Assembly: GCA_964486045.1 (NCBI GenBank)
Contig: CAZALK010000001.1
Span: forward strand, 264,142-328,141
DNA: 64,000 nucleotides
Direction of reading: 5' to 3'
Source: an uncultured archaeon
GTDB lineage: Archaea; Asgardarchaeota; Lokiarchaeia; Sigyniarchaeales; SOKP01
Shown: positions 10,061 to 19,001 of the stretch, in pieces
Layout: each line of letters starts with the position of its first letter
How positions within the stretch are numbered: the stretch's first letter is position 1
The notes under the pieces: generated by a model
Databases searched by the model: none
What the model was told of the DNA's origin: nothing
Seen by the model: the letters and a program-made list of their open reading frames with translations, nothing else
Made by a program: the position numbers and the translations under genes

Positions 10061-11407
10061 ATGACAAGAAAAGTAGACGTTCGGACTTATTTGAATTATT
10101 TATTGCAATATTTAAACGTAGAAGATTTAAAACAAGTATGTCGATATTTTAAAATTAATGATGTTCTTAACTTTAAAAAATCTGAATTGATTGATTTCAT
10201 AACTGAATCCTTAACCGAAGAAGAAATTGGAAACCTTTTAGAGCAGAAGGAGTTAGAAATAATTTCAGATGGTATCGAAGTTGCGATAAACAAGATTCAG
10301 GAAGAAGACCCGGAATCAATAATTGAAATCAACATTACAGATCCTGATAAACATAAAATTGAAATCCTTTTCAGGGGTATAAGTTGGGAAACAAATTCCT
10401 TTTTGTCAATAACAGGTGATAATATTAATAATCCTGAAAGAGGTTGTGATTGTAGATCAAGTTTAAACAAGGGCTTTTGTAATCATTTCTGGATAGGATT
10501 CATTTTTTCCCTGAAACAGGATTATTTTAAGCTTTCTGATTGGAGTCTCACACCTCTACCTGAGGATTTTGAAGAAAAAATTAAGTCAATAAAGATTACT
10601 TATTATCCTCAGTACATTGTTGATGATGAACCATCACTTAGACAAATAAGTTTAATTGACGAAGGTTATAATGGTTTTCAATTAAATAAAGGCGCGAGTG
10701 TTACCATTTATGAGGGTGAAATTACAGAAATTGTTGAAAAACAATCTGTAGAAAGAGCCCAATTCCATGATTTATATTCCGATGAATATTTAGAGAGATT
10801 AAGGAAAGAAGGACTTACTTATTATATGGTTTTATTGAAAAACCTAAAAATTGGACCACGAGTATCAAGAAAAAATGATTTTCTAGACGAAATAAAAGAT
10901 AAGAATATCCTCAAACTAAAAACCGGCAAAAGGACAATTAAGGATAATAAGTTAGAAATAAAAGATAAAATTAGTGCAAAATTTAAAATTTCTAGAGATT
11001 ATTTCTGGGGTTTTGTGGCGAGTATGTCGGGGAGGAAGATCGAAAAACTAGATCAAAATCAAATTAGTCCTTATTATCTTATAAATGAGGAAAAAATAAG
11101 AAAAGAGGAATTTAGGAAAAAAAGAGAAGAACAAGATATTCTTGAAACAATTCAAGAATTTGCAGATGAATTTACTAGAATTCACATAAATGAATTAGTA
11201 AATAAATTAAAAATGAGTGAAAAAAAAGTTATAGAAATAATAGAGAAATTAATTAAAAATAATATAATTCCAGCAACATATGATCCCAATACGCAAGGCA
11301 TTGAGTTTAATCCTATGGGGGAAATAATCGACGAATTATCTACTACAATCGAAGGATGGGGTAAAGGAGACCCGGAACAGGTTAATTCTTCTTCTAAAAA
11401 GAAATAA
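10061..11407 (+). CDS. SAP/HeH-like domain + SWIM zinc finger + OB-like region + C-terminal PCI-like winged helix
   Basis: LNVEDLKQVCRYFKI...KKSELIDFI; CDC-x8-CNH; FTRIHINELVNKLKMSEKKVIEIIEKLIKNNIIPATYD...EIIDELSTTIEGWG. Confidence 0.7.
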   Translation: MTRKVDVRTYLNYLLQYLNVEDLKQVCRYFKINDVLNFKKSELIDFITESLTEEEIGNLLEQKELEIISDGIEVAINKIQEEDPESIIEINITDPDKHKIEILFRGISWETNSFLSITGDNINNPERGCDCRSSLNKGFCNHFWIGFIFSLKQDYFKLSDWSLTPLPEDFEEKIKSIKITYYPQYIVDDEPSLRQISLIDEGYNGFQLNKGASVTIYEGEITEIVEKQSVERAQFHDLYSDEYLERLRKEGLTYYMVLLKNLKIGPRVSRKNDFLDEIKDKNILKLKTGKRTIKDNKLEIKDKISAKFKISRDYFWGFVASMSGRKIEKLDQNQISPYYLINEEKIRKEEFRKKREEQDILETIQEFADEFTRIHINELVNKLKMSEKKVIEIIEKLIKNNIIPATYDPNTQGIEFNPMGEIIDELSTTIEGWGKGDPEQVNSSSKKK

Positions 11408-11452
11408 AAAAATATGATGGGTTAGATAATTTAAAGGTAGAAATTAAGAAGA

Positions 11453-12535
11453 ATGAATACTTACAAATTAATTCCACAGCTTAGAGATGGCTTAATTATT
11501 CAAGCGAAAAAAGAATGGTTATCAGATTTTAAGATTGAGGATACTGTTTTCTTAATTTCTGATTTAGTTACTAAAAAATATTCTGTAATATCAAAAATAG
11601 AAGCAATTGAATATGCTGAAGAACCTATAATCTTCATAGATAATAGGAATTTAGGCAATTTTGGGGAGGGAGACGAGGTCTTTATTTTAAAATACAACCC
11701 TGCTGAAGCTTTAGAGGTTCACATAAATGTTTCGAACGAACATGCTATAATTACTCAAGGTGATTGGACTTCTAATATCAAACCATCGCTAATTAACAAA
11801 CTTATAGATTACGGACAAGAAGTCGCATTCTTAATTCCATGGGAAGGTGGAGCACCTATTGTTGCCACGGGAATCATAAACTCGACACTCCCAAATCCAC
11901 CTGTATATATTGGAGATAGAACAAAAATTTTTATATGGAAGGGCTCAAACGAAGAACTCTCGAAAATTAAGAGAGAAAAATTGTTGATCCAAGAGGATCG
12001 CGTTGATATTTTAGAAAGACAAATCAAACAGAAAACGATCAACTTAATAAAAGAAATAAAACAGAACAATTATCCAAATAAAGGTCTAAAATACAAGTTT
12101 AAAGCAACAAATCCAAGACAATTATTTAAATCGATTCTCAATGTTTTTAAAGGGTTAGATTCTATAGAAGATCCTATAGAAGAATCGTTTGAAGAAAAGG
12201 AACAAGATTATCTTGCATCAGCTGTATTTTTGACTAAGCAAAAGTCAGATTCAGTCCAATTAATAGATATACAAATAATAGCTTCCGGGAATTCAGGAAC
12301 ACTAATAATATGGGTTACAGGAGAAAATGAGTTAATAATTTCTGAAACTTTGGAAAAATATGATTCAAGAATTTATCAATTACAGCAAGGTTTAGAACAG
12401 AAAGTTGAAGTTTTAAGTGCTCAATGCCCAGAGTGCGGGGGAAACCTGCCTATAAAAAATATAGATATAAATGGAATCGTTGAATGTCTTTATTGTAATA
12501 GAATTTCAAAAATTCCAAAAGTGTTAAGGTACTAA
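11453..12535 (+). CDS. Cdc48/p97 N-domain-like protein with no AAA module and a C-terminal zinc ribbon
   Basis: FIDNRNLGNFGEGDEVFILKYNPAEALEVHI and INSTLPNPPVYIGDRTKIFI resemble CDC48_N/CDC48_2; CPECG...CLYC; no Walker A. Confidence 0.6.
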   Translation: MNTYKLIPQLRDGLIIQAKKEWLSDFKIEDTVFLISDLVTKKYSVISKIEAIEYAEEPIIFIDNRNLGNFGEGDEVFILKYNPAEALEVHINVSNEHAIITQGDWTSNIKPSLINKLIDYGQEVAFLIPWEGGAPIVATGIINSTLPNPPVYIGDRTKIFIWKGSNEELSKIKREKLLIQEDRVDILERQIKQKTINLIKEIKQNNYPNKGLKYKFKATNPRQLFKSILNVFKGLDSIEDPIEESFEEKEQDYLASAVFLTKQKSDSVQLIDIQIIASGNSGTLIIWVTGENELIISETLEKYDSRIYQLQQGLEQKVEVLSAQCPECGGNLPIKNIDINGIVECLYCNRISKIPKVLRY

Positions 12536-12661
12536 AGCTTCATGAAAAATGTATCGAATAAAAATGGCTCAAAATAAATATTTTTTTCAGTTAAAATAAT
12601 TGTGATATGAATAATTTATGGTCTTCTTAATTTTCCTTATATAATTCAAGAGTATTTTAAA

Positions 12662-13549
12662 ATGCCAAGTAGAAGAGCAGATAAAACGCTAGTCTTCAAA
12701 GTCGTTGGATATGGTCCATCCACGAGTGAAAATATTGAAGTATTTAAATGGATTCATGGGAAAAAAGGTAGTGATATAATACAAATACCTATGAGTCAAA
12801 TTATTCTACAATCTTTTGACCGCTCCTTTGCAAGAGTCTCTAACGTAATCTTTCAATTTATTAATGCTACAGGAAAGCAAAGACACCGGATCAAACCTGA
12901 AAATTTACTAAAAGGTTCTGATGTTATCATATTTATATGGGATAGTCTCATCGACCAATGGGAAGAAAATGTCGAAAGTTTAAAGGAATTATTGAGTTTT
13001 TTAGGAGAAAAATTAATACCCACAGATACTTATGAGCCAGCAGATGTAGTCATGGTAGTTCTAGCAACAAAGCGCGACCTAGAGGATATTGTAGAAATTC
13101 CAAAGATCCGAAAAGTATTGGATATTGCTCATTTAAATCACACATTGATTTATGAGACAATCGTCGATCAAGGAATTAATATAAAAAGAGCCGTTGTTTA
13201 TGCATCTCGACTAGCAGTATTGAATCAATATAGAAAATTAAGTCATGAGATAGAGCAAGTTGAAAATGCAAAGCTAGAAAAGATTAATAAAATCAAAAAG
13301 TTGGTATTAGAATTAGGAATAAAATTTACACGATTAGAAATTAAGGAAATTGGTGAAAAAAGTAGTATTGATAATGAAGATACCATAATTGAAGTAGTTA
13401 AAGATATGATTAAAAATAAAGAAATTTATGCAGAATATTTTTCAAGTTCAAAGGCGATTGCTTTCGACCAACAAGCAAATATAGAAGAGATCGATAAGTT
13501 AATGGCGACCTATAAAGAATGGGAAGAGAAAGAAGTTGGAAAAAAATAG
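12662..13549 (+). CDS. Degenerate MglA/Arf-like small GTPase fused to the PCI-like module
   Basis: FKVVGYGPSTSENIE (P-loop GKT lost); VLATKRDL (G4); shared C-terminal module. Confidence 0.75.
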   Translation: MPSRRADKTLVFKVVGYGPSTSENIEVFKWIHGKKGSDIIQIPMSQIILQSFDRSFARVSNVIFQFINATGKQRHRIKPENLLKGSDVIIFIWDSLIDQWEENVESLKELLSFLGEKLIPTDTYEPADVVMVVLATKRDLEDIVEIPKIRKVLDIAHLNHTLIYETIVDQGINIKRAVVYASRLAVLNQYRKLSHEIEQVENAKLEKINKIKKLVLELGIKFTRLEIKEIGEKSSIDNEDTIIEVVKDMIKNKEIYAEYFSSSKAIAFDQQANIEEIDKLMATYKEWEEKEVGKK

Positions 13550-14412
13550 ATACCTTTAAGATACAAAATTTAGGATTGAGAAATGTGGTTCAAAATAGAT
13601 ATACAAGATTAAAAGCAATAAAAGAGTTTGGTTATGATATTACTTGGGATGATCTTAGAAAATATCATATTGGAATTGTCGGTATTGGAGGTCTTGGTTG
13701 TGTTTCAGCTGAAATGGCAGTAAGATGTGGTATAGGGAAATTATCATTATTCGATTTCGACACCGTAGAAATTGTTAATTTAAACCGACATATGTTTAAA
13801 GAAGAACATATAGGGCAACCAAAAGTTGAAGTTGCTTTGAAGATCTTGAAAGAAATAAATCCTGATGTAGAAATAAGAAGTTTTAATAAAGATATTATGG
13901 ATCCTGACTTCGAATCTAAATTTGAATCTGAAATTAAACAGATGGATATCATTTTAAATGGATTAGATAATATTCCCGCAAGAGAATATTTAAATGCCAA
14001 GTGTGTCCTATTCAAAATTCCATTCATAGACGCAGGAGCATCTAGAAGCGGTTTATCTGGTTATATTCATCCCATCATTCCATATAAGACAGCTTGTGCT
14101 AAATGTATAAGTAGTATAGCTATAGATATCCCGGATGAAAGAGGAGAACCATGTGTAGCGTCTTTACCATCAACAATGGCAATCTTGGCAAGCGTTCAAA
14201 TTCAAGAAATGTTAAAATATCTTCTAAAGTTTGGAGAAATGATTGATTATCTCATGTATGACATGATAACGGGGAAGTTTTTGAGCTACAAAACTTTGAG
14301 AGACGATAATTGTCCTATTTGCCGTACAAAATCTCAAAATAATAAAAAATTAGTGAAGCCTAAAATTTCACGAGGAGAAATAGATGATTTAATTGATAAA
14401 CTCAAAGGATAA
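13519..14412 (+). CDS. UBA5: UBA5-like E1 activating enzyme (ThiF/MoeB family); true start probably TTG 13576 or GTG 13585
   Basis: NRYTRLKAIKEFG, GIGGLG, AEMAVRCGIGKLSLFDFDTVEIVNLNR, CAKC/CPIC zinc ligands, catalytic CVASLPSTM (UBA5 CAASLPTTM), LKYLLKFG. Confidence 0.88.
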   Translation: MGRERSWKKIDTFKIQNLGLRNVVQNRYTRLKAIKEFGYDITWDDLRKYHIGIVGIGGLGCVSAEMAVRCGIGKLSLFDFDTVEIVNLNRHMFKEEHIGQPKVEVALKILKEINPDVEIRSFNKDIMDPDFESKFESEIKQMDIILNGLDNIPAREYLNAKCVLFKIPFIDAGASRSGLSGYIHPIIPYKTACAKCISSIAIDIPDERGEPCVASLPSTMAILASVQIQEMLKYLLKFGEMIDYLMYDMITGKFLSYKTLRDDNCPICRTKSQNNKKLVKPKISRGEIDDLIDKLKG

Positions 14413-14465
14413 ACGGTGAAAGTCTAAATAAAAAAAAACATTACAAATTAAAATTCACACCCTCT

Positions 14466-16001
14466 GTGGAAAAAATTGCGACTATAACCAGAAAGAATGA
14501 AAGAGAAATGGAAAAAATAAAATCTGATCAAAAGAAGGTTTTGAAGGAAATATTAGGGGAAAGATGGAAAAGTATTCCTCAAGTGAATGAAATTGAATTT
14601 CACCAATTCGGAGTTCAAATTAAGGATGGTGACATCATTGGTTTAGGATTACAGTACAAAAATTTAACGACTCTCCCGGAGTCGATAAGCAACATCTCCT
14701 CGCTCAAAACTCTAAAATTAGACTTTAATCAGTTAACGACCCTCCCGGATTCGATAGGAAACTTAAAAACACTTAAACAATTAAGTTTAGATGACAATCA
14801 GTTAACAACTCTCCCTGAGTCAATATCAAACCTAACATCACTCCAAGAATTATCTTTACTTAGTAATCAGTTAACGACCCTCCCGGCGTCGATAGGCAAC
14901 CTCTCCTCTCTCAAAATTCTATATTTAATTAATAATCAGTTAACGACTCTCCCGGAGTCAATAGGTAACCTAACATCGCTCCAATCACTATATTTGCGTG
15001 ATAATCAGTTAACGACTCTCCCGGAGTCAATAGGTAACCTAACATCGCTCCAAACACTTGGTTTGGATTTCAATCAGTTAACAACTCTCCCGGAATCAAT
15101 AGTCAACCTTCCTTCTCTCGAAGAACTATGGTTAGATGATAATCAGTTAACAACTCTCCCGGAGTCAATAGGCAAATTGAAATCGCTAAAATGGTTGGAT
15201 TTATATGATAATCAGTTAACGACTCTCCCGGAGTCCATAACAAAACTCTCCTCACTTAAAAAATTTAACTTAGGTGTTAATAAGTTAACGACTCTCCCAG
15301 AGTCAATAGTCAACCTTCCTTCTCTAAAAGAACTATGGCTAGATGATAATCAGTTAACGACTCTCCCGGAGTCAATAGATAACTTAAAATCACTTAAAAG
15401 ATTGGACTTAGAAGGTAATCCGTTAAATCAGGAATTCAAAAAAATTATTAAAATGGCTAATGGAGATATTCAACTTATTTTAAGAAAAATAAGAGAGATT
15501 TTTGAAAAAGAAAGGTTAATAGTAGAAAAAAAAGAAATGGAAAAAAGGTATAAAAGAGAGAGACCAATTATTGAAAAGTTAATTGAAGAAAAGAAATTTT
15601 CAGACGCTGTTTTGAAATTAAAAGATATTAAAAATACTGCCAAAAGATATAATTTAAGCGAAATAAATAGATGGACTATTAAAAAATTAGATTTATGTAA
15701 TCAATTGGAAAGAGAAAAGTTAAAAATAGAGAAGATTGATAGAGTTAAAAAAGCAGTATTTGACTTAGGAATAAAATTTGCCCGATTGCAAATTGCAGAA
15801 ATTTCGGAAGTATGCGATATTGATGATGTACAATTAATTGTAGACATTGTAAAAGATATGATTGATAATAAAGAAATTTATGCTCAATATTTTTCGAGCA
15901 CTAAATCTGTTGCGTTTGATCAACAAGCAAATATTGATGAGATCGATAAACTAATGAGCACCTATAAAGATTGGGAAGATAAAAAGATCGGAAAGAAATA
16001 A
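14466..16001 (+). CDS. LRR protein with C-terminal PCI-like module
   Basis: About 11 x 23-aa LxLxxNQLTTLPESIGNL repeats; shared C-terminal module. Confidence 0.9.
   Translation: MEKIATITRKNEREMEKIKSDQKKVLKEILGERWKSIPQVNEIEFHQFGVQIKDGDIIGLGLQYKNLTTLPESISNISSLKTLKLDFNQLTTLPDSIGNLKTLKQLSLDDNQLTTLPESISNLTSLQELSLLSNQLTTLPASIGNLSSLKILYLINNQLTTLPESIGNLTSLQSLYLRDNQLTTLPESIGNLTSLQTLGLDFNQLTTLPESIVNLPSLEELWLDDNQLTTLPESIGKLKSLKWLDLYDNQLTTLPESITKLSSLKKFNLGVNKLTTLPESIVNLPSLKELWLDDNQLTTLPESIDNLKSLKRLDLEGNPLNQEFKKIIKMANGDIQLILRKIREIFEKERLIVEKKEMEKRYKRERPIIEKLIEEKKFSDAVLKLKDIKNTAKRYNLSEINRWTIKKLDLCNQLEREKLKIEKIDRVKKAVFDLGIKFARLQIAEISEVCDIDDVQLIVDIVKDMIDNKEIYAQYFSSTKSVAFDQQANIDEIDKLMSTYKDWEDKKIGKK
14660..15420 (+). 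repeat. 69-bp coding tandem repeats (LRR units)
   Basis: Recurrent aatcagttaacgactctcccggagtcaatagg. Confidence 0.9.
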
Positions 16002-16091
16002 ATATTTAATAAGCAAATAAAATATTAAAAGGAACTCAAAAAATGAAGGGTGGGGTAGCATTTTGATAGAAATATTAGAGAGTAATGGAAA

Positions 16092-16841
16092 ATGAAAGTA
16101 TGGTATATATATCTAATAGGTATTACATATTTCATATTACTTGCATTTATAGTATTAACTTTTTTTGAAATCATTACATGGAACATAAATAGAAATATAC
16201 AGATGAGTTTTCCTGATCTTGGTGCACCCTCAATTATTGAATTAATTAATTATCCGATAATTTTAGAATTTTTTGGGATTTGTTTACTTATTGTTTCAGT
16301 TTTGTTTCTATTTAAACTGAGATTTATAAAATCTTTTCTTTTTGGGGTAATAGGTTATTACTCCGCTATCATTCCTTTTTCCATTATTAATCAAATCTTA
16401 CTGGAAAAAAGAGATTTATTTGGTAGTGGTGAATTTCAAGTATCATATGACGAGTATAATTCGTATAATTCGAATGGTGTGCAAATTTTAAATATTGTGT
16501 TGTTAGTAAATATATTTTTGTTAACTATTTTTTGCTTAAACCTAATATTCTTAAAATTTTTTAAAAACCTAAAGAAAAAAATGAAAATTAAAAGAACCAT
16601 ACTAGATTTAGGAACACAATACACTCGATTACAAATCAGGGAGATAGCACAAACATGTAAATATGATAGAAGCACCATTATTTTTGTTGTGAAAGAAATG
16701 ATTGTCAACAGAGAAATTTATGGGCAATATTTTAGAAGTTCAGGATTTGTAGTATTTAATCAAAAAGTCAATATTGAAGAAATTGATAAATTGATGGCAA
16801 CTTATAAAGAATGGGAAGAGAAGGAAGATGGAAAGAAATAA
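16092..16841 (+). CDS. Multi-pass membrane protein with C-terminal PCI-like module
   Basis: About 4 hydrophobic helices, then ILDLGTQYTRLQIREIA...EIDKLMATYKEWEE. Confidence 0.85.
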   Translation: MKVWYIYLIGITYFILLAFIVLTFFEIITWNINRNIQMSFPDLGAPSIIELINYPIILEFFGICLLIVSVLFLFKLRFIKSFLFGVIGYYSAIIPFSIINQILLEKRDLFGSGEFQVSYDEYNSYNSNGVQILNIVLLVNIFLLTIFCLNLIFLKFFKNLKKKMKIKRTILDLGTQYTRLQIREIAQTCKYDRSTIIFVVKEMIVNREIYGQYFRSSGFVVFNQKVNIEEIDKLMATYKEWEEKEDGKK

Positions 16842-16897
16842 TATTTTCATATAAATAAAATCCTAATAGAACCTAAAAAACGGAAAGGTGAAAATCT

Positions 16898-18109
16898 ATA
16901 GAAATTTTCCATATATCTGAAACATTCATTAAGATAATAAAAAACCAAGCTTTATCCAGTGAAAATGAGATATATGGGTGGTTAATCGGGTATCAAAAAG
17001 ATAAAATCCCTAAAGTTTTAACGATTATTGAATGCAAGCGATTCGAACAACAAACCCCTATAAGTGCTGTTCCATATGCCCAAGAATTTCAAGAAATAAG
17101 TTCTATTATGCCCCAAGGGATTGGTCCTATTGGTATATATCATTCTCATCCTTTTTCAAGTGAAATTTTTCATAGTCATACTGACGACGCAACTCTCTTA
17201 AGCTTAAGTAATCAATTTCCTCATTGCATATCTATTGTTACAAACGGAGAAGAAATAAATTTTTACCAAATGGGCAAAAAAAGTAAAACTGAAGAAATTC
17301 AAGCTGAATTTATTGATCCTGACATTCTAAAGTTCTTATTAATTTATTTTGATGAAGATTTACTTCTAATAATAAATAATTATATTCTTAATAGTAGAGT
17401 ATCTGAAAATTCATTAAAAATAATGATTTTAAACAAACTTAGAGACTTATTGGAAGAAATCTGGATTGATTTTGAATTTCTCTATAATAATTCCAAAATC
17501 TCTAAGAATGATTCAATTAATCCATATCTAGTAGATAAATTAACAGTTGAGCCCATTCACTTAATTTTACCAGAAAAATTTAAGGATGGAAATAAAATAA
17601 AATTAATAATTGATAGCATTAATGAATCCGACGAATCTAAAATTGAAAATAATCAGACTTGTTTTAACTTAAATATTAAAGCAAAAATTCCAATTTACAT
17701 GACTGATGAAAATGTTACTTTTCAAAAGATAAATCAAGCAATTAAAACAGAATTAATAAGTAATAACATACTTCAAAAGATTTATAATTGTGTTATCGAT
17801 TATGATAAGAAATTAATTATTACTCCAGATGATTACTATCTTAATTTTTTCGGATTTTATATAAGATTTTTATTTTTTAATATACATGAGTTAAATAAAA
17901 ATGAATTATCCCAAAAAACTTACGAAGTATTGTTAAAATTAATTTCCTTATTTGAAAATGTTAAAAATATAAAATCAAATGACAAAATCAGAAATCAGAT
18001 TTTCATGTTTATTAAAGACCTCAAAAAATTTTCTAAAAAATTTAGATGGCAAAATCAAGTCAAAAATAGGATAGAAAATTTAAAAAAAAATATAAAACAA
18101 CATTTTTAA
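16898..18109 (+). CDS. JAB/MPN+ metalloprotease (putative deconjugase) with C-terminal extension; extends about 70 codons upstream of the called ATG at 17108
   Basis: Frame is open from 16892: IEIFHISETFIKIIKNQALSSENEIYGWLIG (catalytic Glu) ... GIYHSHPFSSEIFHSHTD (JAMM motif). Start is ATA 16898 behind an AGGTGA SD, or GTG 16888 with a 1-nt slip. Confidence 0.85.
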   Translation: MEIFHISETFIKIIKNQALSSENEIYGWLIGYQKDKIPKVLTIIECKRFEQQTPISAVPYAQEFQEISSIMPQGIGPIGIYHSHPFSSEIFHSHTDDATLLSLSNQFPHCISIVTNGEEINFYQMGKKSKTEEIQAEFIDPDILKFLLIYFDEDLLLIINNYILNSRVSENSLKIMILNKLRDLLEEIWIDFEFLYNNSKISKNDSINPYLVDKLTVEPIHLILPEKFKDGNKIKLIIDSINESDESKIENNQTCFNLNIKAKIPIYMTDENVTFQKINQAIKTELISNNILQKIYNCVIDYDKKLIITPDDYYLNFFGFYIRFLFFNIHELNKNELSQKTYEVLLKLISLFENVKNIKSNDKIRNQIFMFIKDLKKFSKKFRWQNQVKNRIENLKKNIKQHF

Positions 18110-18147
18110 TATTTATTTAAGGCAAAACTACAAAGGTTATAGATAAA

Positions 18148-18414
18148 ATGACATTAGAATTAAATACCATATATTTTGTTAACAAATTTGGCTCAGAAAA
18201 AAAGCAAATCCCTTTTCCAATTGCTCCAAATATAAAATTGATGGATGTTATACCAGAAATTTCAAAAAAATTTGGAATATCGTCACAGAATATATGTATA
18301 GCTAATATGGGTGGACAAGTTTTAACTTCTACAGATTTACTGAGCTCTGTTCGAGAATTAGTAGAAAAATTTGGAAACACATTTGATATTATAGATCGAG
18401 GTATTGTTGGTTGA
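18148..18414 (+). CDS. UFM1: UFM1-like ubiquitin-fold modifier
   Basis: 88 aa with a beta-grasp pattern; ends KFGNTFDIIDRGIVG (mature UFM1 KHGSELRIIPRDRVG), single Gly after Val; stop overlaps the E2 start. Confidence 0.82.
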   Translation: MTLELNTIYFVNKFGSEKKQIPFPIAPNIKLMDVIPEISKKFGISSQNICIANMGGQVLTSTDLLSSVRELVEKFGNTFDIIDRGIVG

Positions 18415-18953
18415 GTATTACTAATAACCGCTGGCAGAGATCAATTCTTGACGAGATTATCCAAGAATTTCCGGAAAAATGGAGTTCTATTGGCCCAAAA
18501 CACCCTGCTTGGAAGGATCGTGTTAAATTAGAGATCGAAAAAATTATGCAATACATCAATTTTCTAAGATCTACAAAAAATAGACCTTGGTTTAAATTAT
18601 ATCCTGAAAAAAATCCTCGCTATAATTATTTAGTATGGACAGGAAATTTACTCGTTCCCGAATATCCAGAAATTAATTTTGTTATTAAAGTACTCTTAAC
18701 TTCTGAATATCCAAGAGTATGCCCCCGATGTTTTGCTGAAGAAAAAATTGTGGAGTATTGTGGAAAAATCTTTTTGAAAAATATCTGGGAACAAGAAGGT
18801 AAGAAATATGTAATGATATGCCATGAACACATGTCAAATACTCACGCATGGAAAGAGAATCTTGGAATTGCTCACTTTTTTATACGACAAGTCTGGGTGT
18901 GGTGGGCTGCCCAACAAAATGTGATTATTAAAGAATATGATAAGAAAAAGTAA
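18411..18953 (+). CDS. UFC1: UFC1-like E2 conjugating enzyme
   Basis: GPKHPAWKDRVKLEIEKIMQYI / PWFKL / WTG / YPRVCP / ICHEH / LGIAHF..W align with UFC1 [23 protein letters not shown] / DWFRL / WFG / YPTTAP / ICLTDH / FGLAHL..W. Confidence 0.9.
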   Translation: MSITNNRWQRSILDEIIQEFPEKWSSIGPKHPAWKDRVKLEIEKIMQYINFLRSTKNRPWFKLYPEKNPRYNYLVWTGNLLVPEYPEINFVIKVLLTSEYPRVCPRCFAEEKIVEYCGKIFLKNIWEQEGKKYVMICHEHMSNTHAWKENLGIAHFFIRQVWVWWAAQQNVIIKEYDKKK

Positions 18954-19001
18954 AAATGTTTAGCATTTAATAAAGCTACTATAATATCTAAAAGAAGAAG
19001 A

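Noticed and set aside
13519-18953. Interpretation as ThiF/MoeB-SAMP sulfur transfer, canonical ubiquitin, or a bacterial CBASS/Bil-type E1-E2-JAB defence operon
   Set aside because: The modifier ends VG rather than GG, the E1 and E2 carry UBA5/UFC1-specific segments, and no RING, cyclase or cofactor-biosynthesis genes are present. A defence role is still not excluded.
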